Part shown: piece after piece, positions 1-9,985 of the stretch
Numbering within the stretch: position 1 is the stretch's first letter
Layout: each line of letters begins with the position of its first letter
Assembly (NCBI RefSeq): GCF_003790525.1
Contig: NZ_CP033635.1
Source of the DNA: Escherichia coli
Lineage (GTDB): Bacteria; Pseudomonadota; Gammaproteobacteria; Enterobacterales; Enterobacteriaceae
DNA: 64,000 nt
Reading direction: 5' to 3' (one strand)
Notes under the pieces: model-generated
What the model was told of the DNA's origin: nothing
Databases searched by the model: none
What the model saw: only the letters and a program-made list of their open reading frames with translations
Translations under genes and position numbers: made by a program

Positions 1-855
1 CAGTACGAGCTGTACCAGGACGCCAAATGCCACTTTTTCACCGTGGTAGCAATGATGGCATTCCTCCAGTTGCGTCATGCCGTTATGAATGGCATGAGCT
101 GCCGCCAGGCCGCTACTTTCAAATCCAATGCCGCTAAGATAGGTATTAGCTTCGATAATATTCTCTACCGCTTTGGTGCTAACACCTTGTTCAACCGCGA
201 CTTTTGCCTTATAGCCATCTTCCAGTAGCGTGGTATAACAGAGTCGGGCAATAGCCAGTGCCGCCAGTGTCGACGCCCCACCTGCCATTGTGGCTTTTCC
301 TGACGCCTGATTGGCTCTCGCCTCAAACCAGGTTGACAATGCATCTCCCATACCGGCCACCAGCAGACGCACTGGCGCGGCTGAAATGACGCCAGTATCC
401 ATAATCACCATATCCGGGTTTTTCGGGAAAAACAGATATTCGCTAAACTGGCCTTCCGGGGTGTAAATTACTGCCAGAGAACTGGTTGGCGCATCTGTGG
501 AAGCAATTGTCGGCACCACCACTACCGGAATTTTTTGGTAATACGCTACGGCTTTTGCCGTATCCAACGTTTTACCGCCGCCAATACCAATAACGACATT
601 ATATTTACGCTGATTAAATTTCTCACGAATTCGAGAAATTTCATTTTGCGAGCATTCACCGCAAAAAACATCAAGATCCGCAATAATGTTTTCTCTTGCA
701 AAGCTCTGGCTTACTCTGTCACCAACCAGACCGGTCACAAATTCATCTGCAATAATTAATGGTTCTGTTCCCAAACTCGCCGCATATGTAGCAATATTAT
801 CCAGAGAACCATTTCCCTGGATATATTTAGCCGGACTTATAATAATCTTATCCAT
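1..855 (-). CDS. Glycerol dehydrogenase (iron-containing alcohol dehydrogenase family), 3' end beyond window
   Basis: Manual minus-strand translation from ATG at 855: MDKIIISPAKYIQGNG...GIGGGKTLDTAKA...; GGGKTLD motif typical of GldA/DhaD. Not in ORF track because no stop inside window. Divergent from the dhaK-like gene. Confidence 0.8.
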   Translation of the reverse strand, partial: MDKIIISPAKYIQGNGSLDNIATYAASLGTEPLIIADEFVTGLVGDRVSQSFARENIIADLDVFCGECSQNEISRIREKFNQRKYNVVIGIGGGKTLDTAKAVAYYQKIPVVVVPTIASTDAPTSSLAVIYTPEGQFSEYLFFPKNPDMVIMDTGVISAAPVRLLVAGMGDALSTWFEARANQASGKATMAGGASTLAALAIARLCYTTLLEDGYKAKVAVEQGVSTKAVENIIEANTYLSGIGFESSGLAAAHAIHNGMTQLEECHHCYHGEKVAFGVLVQLVL

Positions 856-1174
856 ATCATTCCTCGCGTAACTTGTTTTGCTTCACTGTTAACCTACTCG
901 TTGCATCCAGTGGCGGCAAACATTTCATTCGCGAAAAATTATGTTTTATGATCGCGCTGTAAAAAACATCATCTGCAGATGATAATAAAAAACACTTTTC
1001 ATGCCTTAATCACAATATATCAATATCCATACTGGTCCCTTTTCATTTTGAAACAACACCATGAATTAACTGTTTCATTATGAATCTTATTATCGTGCGA
1101 TTTGTTTTATTGCGGTTGGAGAATTAATCTCGCAAACATATTTAGCGCGATTTACGTAATTTATCAGAACAGGA

Positions 1175-2245
1175 ATGACTATGAAGAAATTAATTAACCA
1201 GATTGATTCTGTTGTCACAGAACAAATGGAAGGACTCATCGCCACCTGGCCACACCTGCAGGCAAATTACGCGCCCCGATATGTGTGGTGCAAACAAACC
1301 GATAATGCAGTGGCGCTGATTTCAGGCGGCGGCTCAGGCCATGAACCACTGCATGCAGGTTTTGTCGGTATGGGAATGTTAACCGGTGCATGTCCTGGTG
1401 AAATCTTCACATCGCCCACGCCAGATCAAATGATCGAATGTGCCAAAGCGGTTGATAATGGTTCTGGCGTTCTGTTTTTCATCAAAAATTACACAGGCGA
1501 TATTCTGAATTTCGAAACGGCAGTCGAGATGTTACACGAAGAAGGCATCGCCGTTGGGACCGTCATTATTGATGATGATGTAGCGGTAAAAGATAGCCTG
1601 TATACAGCCGGACGTCGCGGTGTTGCGGGTACAGTTTTTGTTGAAAAGATTGTCGGTGCGGCTGCACTTCAGGGATATAACCTGGGGCAGTGCGAGCAAC
1701 TTGGCAAAGATGTTAACAATGCCACCCGTTCTTTTGGCATCGCACTGTCAGCCTGTACGGTTCCCGCCGCGGGAAAACCCTCATTTGAACTGGCTGATAA
1801 TGAAATCGAATTTGGTGTCGGGATCCACGGTGAACCCGGCATTGAACGCCGCACTTTGCAAGATCTGAACACTTTAATCGACAGCGTGATAGCGCAATTA
1901 CTGGATAATACCCCCTGGCGACGCACATTACGCCATTGGGATCGCCATGCGGGGGGATGGATTGACGCATCATCAATGAATGAGTCATTCGATCAAAATG
2001 CCGAATATATTGTGTTAATTAACGGACTTGGCAGCACGCCTGAATCAGAGTTATATGGTGTGGCCAGGGTATTTATGTGCGCCGCACAGCGCCAGGGAAT
2101 TAAAATTAGCCGCCAGTTGGTCGGTAATTATTGTACATCATTAGATATGGCCGGATTTTCCATCAGCCTGCTGAAATGTACCCCAGAGTTTTTGCAACTT
2201 TGGGATGCCCCGGTCAATACGCCAGCGCTTCGTTGGGGATGTTAA
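1175..2245 (+). CDS. dhaK: Dihydroxyacetone kinase subunit DhaK (paralogue of the K-12 protein)
   Basis: 356-aa ORF with the SGGGSGHEP motif and overall DhaK-like sequence; followed 12 bp later by a dhaL-like gene. Confidence 0.85.
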   Translation: MTMKKLINQIDSVVTEQMEGLIATWPHLQANYAPRYVWCKQTDNAVALISGGGSGHEPLHAGFVGMGMLTGACPGEIFTSPTPDQMIECAKAVDNGSGVLFFIKNYTGDILNFETAVEMLHEEGIAVGTVIIDDDVAVKDSLYTAGRRGVAGTVFVEKIVGAAALQGYNLGQCEQLGKDVNNATRSFGIALSACTVPAAGKPSFELADNEIEFGVGIHGEPGIERRTLQDLNTLIDSVIAQLLDNTPWRRTLRHWDRHAGGWIDASSMNESFDQNAEYIVLINGLGSTPESELYGVARVFMCAAQRQGIKISRQLVGNYCTSLDMAGFSISLLKCTPEFLQLWDAPVNTPALRWGC

Positions 2246-2257
2246 TAAGGACATTAT

Positions 2258-2890
2258 ATGAAAATTCAAAACAAACATGTTATTGCCTGGCTGGAGAGTT
2301 GTGCTGCACATCTCACTGAACAACAAGATTTTCTAACCGCACTTGACAGAGATATTGGTGATGCCGACCACGGCCTCAATATGAATCGTGGTTTCAGTGC
2401 AGTGAAAGCGACGTTGCCCGACATTGAACGTCAGCATATTGGCAATATTCTTAAAAATACTGGCATGAAACTACTTTCCAGCGTTGGCGGTGCCAGTGGT
2501 CCTCTTTACGGCACATTATTTATTCGCGCTTCTGCGGCAGTGGGAGCCAGAACAGAATTAACTCTGGAAGAGTGGCTGGCGTGTCTGGAAGAAGGGATTG
2601 CAGGCGTTATCGCACGAGGAAAAGCAGAACAAGGGGATAAAACACTGTGTGATGTCTGGGTTCCAGTTCTCCACGAAGCCAAAAAGAACCTGCAAGCCGG
2701 AATGTCGCCTTCCCTTCTGCTGAATACGATGGTGCAAGATGCGGCAACAGCAGTCGATAACACCATCAATATGCAGGCGAAAAAAGGACGTGCCAGTTAT
2801 CTCGGCGCTCGCAGTGTGGGCCATCAGGATCCAGGCGCGACCTCCTCCTGGCTGATGATTAAGGCTATGCAGGAAGGATTCGCGGGATAA
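2258..2890 (+). CDS. dhaL: Dihydroxyacetone kinase ADP-binding subunit DhaL
   Basis: 210-aa ORF with DRDIGDADHG motif (DhaL-type metal/ADP site); tight spacing with flanking genes. Confidence 0.85.
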   Translation: MKIQNKHVIAWLESCAAHLTEQQDFLTALDRDIGDADHGLNMNRGFSAVKATLPDIERQHIGNILKNTGMKLLSSVGGASGPLYGTLFIRASAAVGARTELTLEEWLACLEEGIAGVIARGKAEQGDKTLCDVWVPVLHEAKKNLQAGMSPSLLLNTMVQDAATAVDNTINMQAKKGRASYLGARSVGHQDPGATSSWLMIKAMQEGFAG

Positions 2891-2893
2891 ATT

Positions 2894-5275
2894 ATGGTTG
2901 CCATTGTTATTGTTTCTCATAGTCTACGTCTCGCCCAGGGGGTTGAGGAATTAGCACTACAGATGTCTGGAGGGGACGTTCCTCTGGCCATTGCTGCAGG
3001 TATTGATGATCCGCAAAATCCGATTGGCACTGATGCTATTGCCATTATGTCTGCGATTGAATCGGTCTGGTCACCGGATGGCGTTCTGGTACTCATGGAT
3101 ATGGGCAGTGCGCTGCTTAGTACCGAGATGGCGCTGGAGCTGCTTTCTGAAGAGCAAAGAAGTGCAATTTATCTGCTCGCCGCCCCTGTAGTGGAAGGTG
3201 CCATGTCAGCGGTAACGTCTGCCGCAGCGGGGCTTTCGGTGACGGAGATTATCGCTGAAGTGGATCTTGCGCTGTGTGCTAAACAGCAGCAACTCACGCC
3301 ATCCTCAACTGCAGGCGAGGTTATTCCAGCAATATCACCAATCAATCATTCCGGTGAATGGCAAACTTTTTGCTGGACGATACGTAATCCCCACGGCATT
3401 CATGCTCGTCCGGCAGCCAGCATCCTGAAAGTATCCGCACAATATTCGGCAAACATTATCGTCATCAAAGGCGATAAACGCGCCAGCACCCGCAGTCTCA
3501 ACGAACTGGCAATGCTGGGCGTCCGCTGTGGCGATGAAATCATCTTCCAGGCCGAAGGCACCGATGCCAGTGACGCTCTCAAGGCAATTGAAACGTTGGC
3601 GAAAAATCATTTTGGTGAAGCTCACCTGCTCGCTTCTTCAGAGATTCCGCTAACGGAAACGCCGGTGGTCAGCGCCCCTGTCGATGGCGCAATATCAGGC
3701 TTGTCAGTACAAAATGGTATCGCTATTGGTCCTGTTAAATGGTTTACCTGCGAACGACCAGAAATTACGCAGCGCACCGTCGATTCTCCGCAAGAAGAGC
3801 TGTCGCGAATCGAGTCTGCTATCGACATTGTTGTTTGTGAACTTGCCGATAAAGCGGCAGGCCCTGAAGGCGATATTTTTGCCGCCCATAAAATGATGCT
3901 TGAAGATCCAAAGATTAACCGGCAATTACAGCAACGTCTGGCAAAGGGCAAACAGGCGGAATTCGCATGGTTAGAAGTCATGCAGGCATTAGCAGAGCAA
4001 TATTGTCAGGCGGAAACACTGTATTTACGTGAACGCGAGGCAGATATCCGTGACCTTACACGTCAGGTACTGAACCAGCTTTGCGGGGGAAGTGAACAAC
4101 ACTTTATTACTACCGCGCCCTGCATTTTGTTAGCCAACGATCTGTTGCCATCACAGATAACCAGCCTGAATAAAGCACACATTCTTGGCATTTGTCTTCA
4201 TAATGGCGGAACAACTTCACATACAGCGATCCTTGCCAGAGCAATGGGTATTCCTGCCATTGTGAAGGCAGCTATTACCCCGCAAAACGTCCGCGATAAC
4301 GACACGGTCATTCTTGATGGTGAAACAGGCCGTTTGTGGCTACAGCCGGATGAGGTCACCCGCCTGGATTTACTGCAACGCGCCGAAGCATGGCGGCAAC
4401 AAAGGGATCGTCAGTTAGCTGATGCCATGCAGCCCGCTGTCACGCAAGGTGGGCGAAAAATCAGCGTGCTGGCGAATATTGGTGACCTGCAAGATATTGA
4501 GGCTGCGCTATCTCACGGGGCTGAGGGCGTGGGTTTACTGCGCACAGAGTTTTTATTCCATGAGTCTGCAACATTACCCGATGAAGAAGAGCAGTTTCGC
4601 GTGTATTGTTCTGTTGCTCAGGCTTTTGGCGATAAACCAGTCACCATCCGCACTCTGGATATTGGCGGTGACAAGCCATTACCTTCGTACCCTTTACCCG
4701 CAGAGGACAACCCGTTCCTGGGACTTCGCGGTATCCGGTTGTGCCTGGCGCATCCGCAAATATTTATTCCGCAATTACGCGCACTTCTCCGGGCCGGGAA
4801 AGAATACCCAACGCTGCAAATTATGCTGCCGATGGTTTCAACGCTCGAGGAGGTCAACGCCGTCAAAACGCTGATACAAACGCAGGCAAAACTGCTGGGA
4901 CTTACTGCAGAAAATCTTCCGGCGCTGGGAATTATGATTGAGGTTCCTGCTGCAGTCATGATTGCAGAAAAATTAGCCAGTGAAGTCGATTTCTTTTCCA
5001 TCGGCACCAACGATCTGACGCAATATATTATGGCGGCAGACAGAGGAAATAGCACCGTCGCGGAACTGGTCGATTATCGTAATGACGCGGTGATTAACGC
5101 TATTGCTATGGTGTGTCAGGCCGGACGTAATAATGAAATTCCGGTCAGTATGTGCGGCGAAATGGCTGGAGATACCCAGCAAACAGCACGACTGCTCACC
5201 ATGGGGATTGATAAGCTCAGTGCCAGTCCGTCCCGGCTTCCGGCCTTGAAAGCAGCAATCAGAACCTCCCACTAA
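2894..5275 (+). CDS. dhaM: Multidomain PTS phosphotransfer protein: DhaM-like EIIA, HPr-like and full enzyme I-like domains (793 aa)
   Basis: N-terminal DhaM-like region; HPr-like HGIHARPAA; EI-like GGTTSHTAILARAMGIPAIV and C-terminal CGEMAGD. Longer than the 472-aa K-12 DhaM as recalled. Confidence 0.75.
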   Translation: MVAIVIVSHSLRLAQGVEELALQMSGGDVPLAIAAGIDDPQNPIGTDAIAIMSAIESVWSPDGVLVLMDMGSALLSTEMALELLSEEQRSAIYLLAAPVVEGAMSAVTSAAAGLSVTEIIAEVDLALCAKQQQLTPSSTAGEVIPAISPINHSGEWQTFCWTIRNPHGIHARPAASILKVSAQYSANIIVIKGDKRASTRSLNELAMLGVRCGDEIIFQAEGTDASDALKAIETLAKNHFGEAHLLASSEIPLTETPVVSAPVDGAISGLSVQNGIAIGPVKWFTCERPEITQRTVDSPQEELSRIESAIDIVVCELADKAAGPEGDIFAAHKMMLEDPKINRQLQQRLAKGKQAEFAWLEVMQALAEQYCQAETLYLREREADIRDLTRQVLNQLCGGSEQHFITTAPCILLANDLLPSQITSLNKAHILGICLHNGGTTSHTAILARAMGIPAIVKAAITPQNVRDNDTVILDGETGRLWLQPDEVTRLDLLQRAEAWRQQRDRQLADAMQPAVTQGGRKISVLANIGDLQDIEAALSHGAEGVGLLRTEFLFHESATLPDEEEQFRVYCSVAQAFGDKPVTIRTLDIGGDKPLPSYPLPAEDNPFLGLRGIRLCLAHPQIFIPQLRALLRAGKEYPTLQIMLPMVSTLEEVNAVKTLIQTQAKLLGLTAENLPALGIMIEVPAAVMIAEKLASEVDFFSIGTNDLTQYIMAADRGNSTVAELVDYRNDAVINAIAMVCQAGRNNEIPVSMCGEMAGDTQQTARLLTMGIDKLSASPSRLPALKAAIRTSH

Positions 5276-5285
5276 TTGTGACCTA

Positions 5286-5316
5286 ACGCGATACGTCTTG
5301 CGCGTATCGCGTTTCC
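5286..5316 (+). terminator. Stem-loop with T-run downstream of the dhaM-like gene (candidate intrinsic terminator, in convergent gap with iraD)
   Basis: cgcgatacg / cgtatcgcg 9-bp stem with 7-nt loop followed by ttt. Confidence 0.45.
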
Positions 5317-5322
5317 CGTCAT

Positions 5323-5715
5323 TTACTGCGGCATCGTGCGATGCCAACTCCCCTTCTGCCAGACCAGATCAAACGTTAGCGGTTCATCGTCGTGGTACAG
5401 CATTATCTCAAGGCTGATCGCCAGCGTGTGGCAGTACGCTTCTTTCAAATTGACCTGCAACGCCGCAATCCGTGGCTCATGAAATAACAGTGCAGAACGC
5501 AGCTGACGGCAATACCAGCTCTGAAGATGTTTGTCGCTCTGGTTATGCAGTTGCCACTCGGGCATGCCTGAAACAAGTAATGACGGTAATGCCGAATGAG
5601 GAGAATTAAAAAGTGTGAGGAGATCGCTGCATACCGATTTACGCAGCGATGACGTTTTATTGCCTGAAATTTCAGGTAAAACAGCCTGAAGTGATTGGCG
5701 CATCATTTTGCGCAC
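5323..5715 (-). CDS. iraD: Anti-adaptor protein IraD (RpoS stabiliser)
   Basis: 130-aa ORF divergent from yjiC, as in the K-12 arrangement; sequence matches recollection of IraD ([17 protein letters not shown]...). Confidence 0.6.
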   Translation of the reverse strand: MRKMMRQSLQAVLPEISGNKTSSLRKSVCSDLLTLFNSPHSALPSLLVSGMPEWQLHNQSDKHLQSWYCRQLRSALLFHEPRIAALQVNLKEAYCHTLAISLEIMLYHDDEPLTFDLVWQKGSWHRTMPQ

Positions 5716-6377
5716 TCCTGACGTTTAGCAACATATGCGGCTTGCCCTGAACACCGGGCACCACTGTATTGATGCTCATTTTCCATAGCCATTCCCTTTT
5801 GTTCATTACATCCATGTCAGTCTGAGACAGGCCTGAATCCTGTCAGCAAAGTATAAAACCTTACTTGCCTATGAATATCTACTGACTTTTCAGGAAAAAA
5901 GTCATGATTTGATAAAAATCATCAAACTCAAAAAAAAACTGCTAGTATATTCTGAATATTTCGAATAGTTATGTAGATGAAAATACTTGTCACCGCTGCT
6001 ACTTAATTCCGGTGGGAAATTATTTATTTCCGCATAATCAGCCATGTACTATTTGAAACAATTAGTTTGTAAATAATATAAATTGATAACATATCAAATA
6101 CATCAAAAATACCATTCATAGGCATTATTAATATAGACATAAATATAGCAACATCAAATTCCAATTAGTAATAAGATATGCTTTTTAATTGCATGAAAAT
6201 AATTTCAAATGAGCGTTTTTTGATACTTTAGAGTGTTTCCTACCCTTTAATATCACCGTGTAGAGTTGATATCACTACAACAGAAACATGCATGTCATTT
6301 TTTTACTTCTTTTTTACTACAGAAAAATTTATCTATTTTTCTAAACATCAGTGAAATACTCATAAAAGGTAACTATT

Positions 6378-7208
6378 ATGTCTATGCCATTAAGCAATGC
6401 CGCTAATAACCAATTCAATACAAATAATCACTTCCTTCATCACCCAAGAGTCGACAATAAGTTAACACGTGAATATGAATATGCACGCATGGATACGGAA
6501 AATATCTATATTATGCCTCTTGTTCGTGGCAATAACCATAATTACGATGGAAAAAGTGTTGTCGAAATTAGAAAACTTAATATTAGCAAACAGTCCTGGC
6601 CATTTAATTATGTGACAGAAACATGCAGAGAATTCAATGGTATTACAACAACAGGACGTATGCTCTATCGAAACTTGAAAATCACCTCAGCTTTAGACGA
6701 AATATATGGTGGTATATGTAAAAAGGCGCATGCTGCCACAGAGTTAGCGGAAGGATTACAACTAAATTTATTTATGAAGAGCCCCTCCGATCCTGTAGAG
6801 GACTATACTGTGCATGAAATAACATTAGGCCCTGGCTGCAATGTTCCTGGTTATGCCGGAACCACGATAGGATATATTTCAACCCTTCCAGCTTCTCAGG
6901 CAAAAAGATGGACCAATGAACAGCCAAGGATTGATATCTATATTGATCAGATAATGACGGTAACAGGGGTAGCAAATTCTTCCGGATTCGCCGTTGCCGC
7001 ATTACTTAATGCTAATATTGAGATGGGAAATGACCCAATAATTGGTATAGAAGCCTATCCCGGTACCGCGGAGATCCATGCAAAAATGGGATATAAAATT
7101 ATCCCCGGTGATGAAGATGCGCCACTCAAACGCATGACTCTGCAACCGTCATCTCTTCCAGAACTGTTTGAATTAAAAAATGGTGAATGGAATTATATTG
7201 GTAAATGA
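6378..7208 (+). CDS. yjiC: Uncharacterised protein YjiC (AT-rich orphan gene)
   Basis: 276-aa ORF next to uxuR, same size and position as K-12 yjiC; very AT-rich gene and upstream region; no recognisable motifs. Confidence 0.6.
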   Translation: MSMPLSNAANNQFNTNNHFLHHPRVDNKLTREYEYARMDTENIYIMPLVRGNNHNYDGKSVVEIRKLNISKQSWPFNYVTETCREFNGITTTGRMLYRNLKITSALDEIYGGICKKAHAATELAEGLQLNLFMKSPSDPVEDYTVHEITLGPGCNVPGYAGTTIGYISTLPASQAKRWTNEQPRIDIYIDQIMTVTGVANSSGFAVAALLNANIEMGNDPIIGIEAYPGTAEIHAKMGYKIIPGDEDAPLKRMTLQPSSLPELFELKNGEWNYIGK

Positions 7209-7295
7209 CTACTGAGAAGAATGAGTACTAACATTCAGGTTATACAGATATTTAAACAATACCCTGCAATTTACAAAGTAATACTCATTGCGATT

Positions 7296-7337
7296 TCTTA
7301 ATTTAAGAAAGCGCAAGGAACGTTTACCCTTGCGCTT
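7296..7337 (-). terminator. Stem-loop terminator between convergent uxuR and yjiC
   Basis: gcgcaagg / ccttgcgc stem with 9-nt loop; on the minus strand followed by a U-rich tract (UUUCUUAAAUU). Confidence 0.45.
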
Positions 7338-7348
7338 ATCATAATAAG

Positions 7349-8122
7349 TCAGGCGTCGACTTTATCCAGCGGCCATGAATCAAACAGATAGCCGTCAAAA
7401 TAAATATCGTCAACGTTCGAAAATTCCAGCAGACGTTGTTTAACGTTTTCCAGATGCTGCCACATTGCCAGCTTCGCCGCTCGGGCATCTTTTTTGATTA
7501 ACGCGGCGAGGATCTGTTTGTGATCGCCCAACCACTCTTTGCGATACAGGCTGTCATCCAGATGGCTGTGCAACTGGATCCACATCGGATTGTTTTCCCG
7601 CCACTGCCAGGACTGACGGAATAGCTCCACCAGCATGCTGTTATGCGTCGCTTCGGCAATGGCGAGATGGAACTGCATGTCACCACTTTCGCTGCTGCCC
7701 GGCGCGCTGGAAGCAAGCTCACGCTCTTCCAGTTGCAATGCCTGACGCATTTTGACGATATCTTCGCGGGTAGCCTGCAAAGCGGCAAATTCCGCGATGT
7801 TACTTTCCAGTAACTGACGCGCCTGTAACAGCTCAAAAGGACCCGCATCATTGCAAACGTTGGCATCCGGACCGTCTGTGTTCTGGCTGTCTGAGCTATC
7901 AAGAACATAAATACCGGCACCCCGGCGCACTTCCACCAGCCCTTTGATCTCCAGCATGATCAGCGCTTCACGTACCACCGTCCGCGTGACATCAAGCATT
8001 TCTGCAATTTCACGCTCCGGCGGCAGCCGTTCGCCAGGATTGTACGGCGTCTTTATGATCAGATCGCGGATCATCGCCCCGACTTCCTGGTAAGGTCTTT
8101 GCGCAGAGGTGACAGATTTCAT
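7349..8122 (-). CDS. uxuR: GntR-family transcriptional repressor UxuR
   Basis: Protein from internal Met MKSVTSAQRPYQEVGAMIRDL... (257 aa) matches UxuR; the track ORF is 5'-extended into a repeat element. Confidence 0.9.
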   Translation of the reverse strand: MKSVTSAQRPYQEVGAMIRDLIIKTPYNPGERLPPEREIAEMLDVTRTVVREALIMLEIKGLVEVRRGAGIYVLDSSDSQNTDGPDANVCNDAGPFELLQARQLLESNIAEFAALQATREDIVKMRQALQLEERELASSAPGSSESGDMQFHLAIAEATHNSMLVELFRQSWQWRENNPMWIQLHSHLDDSLYRKEWLGDHKQILAALIKKDARAAKLAMWQHLENVKQRLLEFSNVDDIYFDGYLFDSWPLDKVDA

Positions 8123-8174
8123 AAGTAATATCCATTTGATGAGACTGATAACAAATCCTGTAAAGGGCACGTTC

Positions 8175-8215
8175 AGTCCCCTCGCCCCTTTGGGGAGAGG
8201 GTTAGGATGAGGGGA
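8175..8215. repeat. GC-rich palindromic intergenic repeat, copy 1
   Basis: agtcccctcgcccctttggggagagggttaggatgagggga; near-identical copy at 12919-12959. Confidence 0.5.
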
Positions 8216-8444
8216 AATGACTGTAGCCATTACCCTGCCCTATTGCCTTCCTGGACTGGGGAGAAAAACAGTGACTGAATCGCTCATAAACAGGTTTGTC
8301 AGCAATCTGGTTAGATGCGGTTATTTATTTTCAAACTATACCATTAGCACTGGAAGTTGGCACGTACAGGTGGGCAAAAAAACGAAAACTGGTCAACCAA
8401 ATATCAGTTTGATTGACCAGTAAGTCTGTAGGGTAATCAGTTAG

Positions 8445-9905
8445 TTACAGCGCAGCCACACACTCGCGCGCACCGCGTTCGCACAGCTGCTGATATGCCG
8501 CCGTCACCGCGCCAACAAAGTCGGCATTCTGCGGCAGATCATCGGCAAAAATACCGCTCAGGCCCAGCAGCGCTTTCACGCGGTCTGCGCCCTGATACTG
8601 CGCGTTGATCTTCTGGAACTCCACCAGCATCGGGTCGACCACGTCAATGGCATTACCCTGCTCATCCACGCCCTGGGTGTAACGCATCCAGCCAGCCACG
8701 CCCAGCGCCAGGTGACGCCAGCTGCCGCCGTTTTGCAGGTGCAGACGCACCGGATCCAGCAGACGCTGCGGTAACTTCTGGCTGCCGTCCATTGCAATCT
8801 GCCAGGTACGGTGACGCAGAGACGGGTTGCTGAAACGCTCGATCAGCAGCGTCGCATAGGCGTTCAGGTCCGTACCTTCCGGCATCGACAGCGTTGGCGC
8901 TTGTTCCTGCATCATCAGGGCAAAGGCCGCTTTGCGATAATCCGGGTTAGTCATGGTGTCGGCAATGGTTTCATAGCCGCCGAGGTAACCGAGGTACGCC
9001 AGGAAAGAGTGGCTGCCGTTCAGCATACGCAGTTTCATCATTTCGAACGGCACAACGTCTGCAACGAACTGTGCGCCCACTTTATCCCAGTCCGGACGAC
9101 CATTAACGAAGTTATCTTCAATCACCCACTGACGGAACGGTTCGCAGGCAATGGCGCACGGGTCGTAAACACCCAGCTGGTCAGCAATTTCCTGTAAGGT
9201 TTCTGGCGTCGCCGCCGGAACGATGCGGTCAACCATGGTGCACGGGAAGGTGACGTTCTCTTCAATCCATGCCGCCAGCTGTGGATCACGCGCCTGAGCC
9301 AGCCCCAGAACCGCGACCTTCGCCACATGACCGTTTTCACGCACGTTGTCGCAGGACATCACCGTAAACGCTTTCAGCCCTTTTTCACGACGCAGACGCA
9401 GGGCTTCTACGATGTAACCAATCGCGGACTTCGGCGCAGTCGGGTTTTCCAGATCGTGCTTAATCAGCGGATTATTGAGATCCAGCTGACCGCTTGCCGC
9501 ATCGGCGCAATAACCTTTCTCTGTGACCGTCAGGGAGACAATCGCCGTCTGCGGACGCGCCATCGCGTTGAGAATACCTTCACAACCGTCGATTTCCGGG
9601 TGCAGGGCTTCTTTCATCGAACCGATAATTTTCAGCTCGGTGCTTTCTGCGCCTTTTTCCGCCACGGTGTACAGCAGTTGCTGTTTTTTCAGGTTTTCGA
9701 TCAGCACGCGGTCGTTACCTGGCATCAGGTTAACTTCGCAGATACCCCAGTCGCTGTCGGTGCTTTCCAGCAGATGATGGGTGTACAGCGCCTGGTGCGC
9801 GCGGTGAAACGCCCCGCAACCGAGATGCACAATGCGTGATTCCAGACGAGAATGATCCCATGACGGGCGGGCAACCGGCAGATTGCTGTCAACAATAGTA
9901 GTCAT
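8445..9905 (-). CDS. uxuB: D-mannonate oxidoreductase UxuB
   Basis: 486-aa ORF; N-terminal Rossmann motif LGCGAFHRAHQA; position between uxuR and uxuA. Confidence 0.9.
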   Translation of the reverse strand: MTTIVDSNLPVARPSWDHSRLESRIVHLGCGAFHRAHQALYTHHLLESTDSDWGICEVNLMPGNDRVLIENLKKQQLLYTVAEKGAESTELKIIGSMKEALHPEIDGCEGILNAMARPQTAIVSLTVTEKGYCADAASGQLDLNNPLIKHDLENPTAPKSAIGYIVEALRLRREKGLKAFTVMSCDNVRENGHVAKVAVLGLAQARDPQLAAWIEENVTFPCTMVDRIVPAATPETLQEIADQLGVYDPCAIACEPFRQWVIEDNFVNGRPDWDKVGAQFVADVVPFEMMKLRMLNGSHSFLAYLGYLGGYETIADTMTNPDYRKAAFALMMQEQAPTLSMPEGTDLNAYATLLIERFSNPSLRHRTWQIAMDGSQKLPQRLLDPVRLHLQNGGSWRHLALGVAGWMRYTQGVDEQGNAIDVVDPMLVEFQKINAQYQGADRVKALLGLSGIFADDLPQNADFVGAVTAAYQQLCERGARECVAAL

Positions 9906-9985
9906 CGTAAACTCCAGAATCCGTCTTCAGAGAGTGACGGCAAGGAAGAAGGAACCGGCACGGCGCGCAGCCATGCCGGTGGATA

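Noticed and set aside
1620-1988. Short ORFs on both strands overlapping dhaK
   Set aside because: Nested within a well-supported gene and lacking motifs.
2894-5275. Possibility that the 793-aa DhaM-like ORF is an assembly or frameshift fusion of dhaM with a separate ptsI-like gene
   Set aside because: The reading frame is continuous with coherent domain order (EIIA, HPr, EI) and no internal stop or start signal; accepted as a genuine fusion, though unverified.
7349-8230. 5'-extended uxuR ORF (293 aa); the same applies to extended track ORFs for nanM (23931), nanC (23294), nanS (25183), fimI (19210), fimH (14007) and uxuA (11206)
   Set aside because: The extensions run into repeats or upstream genes; the internal Met gives the expected protein N-terminus, and the track also accepts GTG/TTG starts.
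8217-8423. 68-aa ORF between uxuR and uxuB
   Set aside because: Starts inside the GC-rich palindromic repeat and has no coding signal; more likely intergenic.
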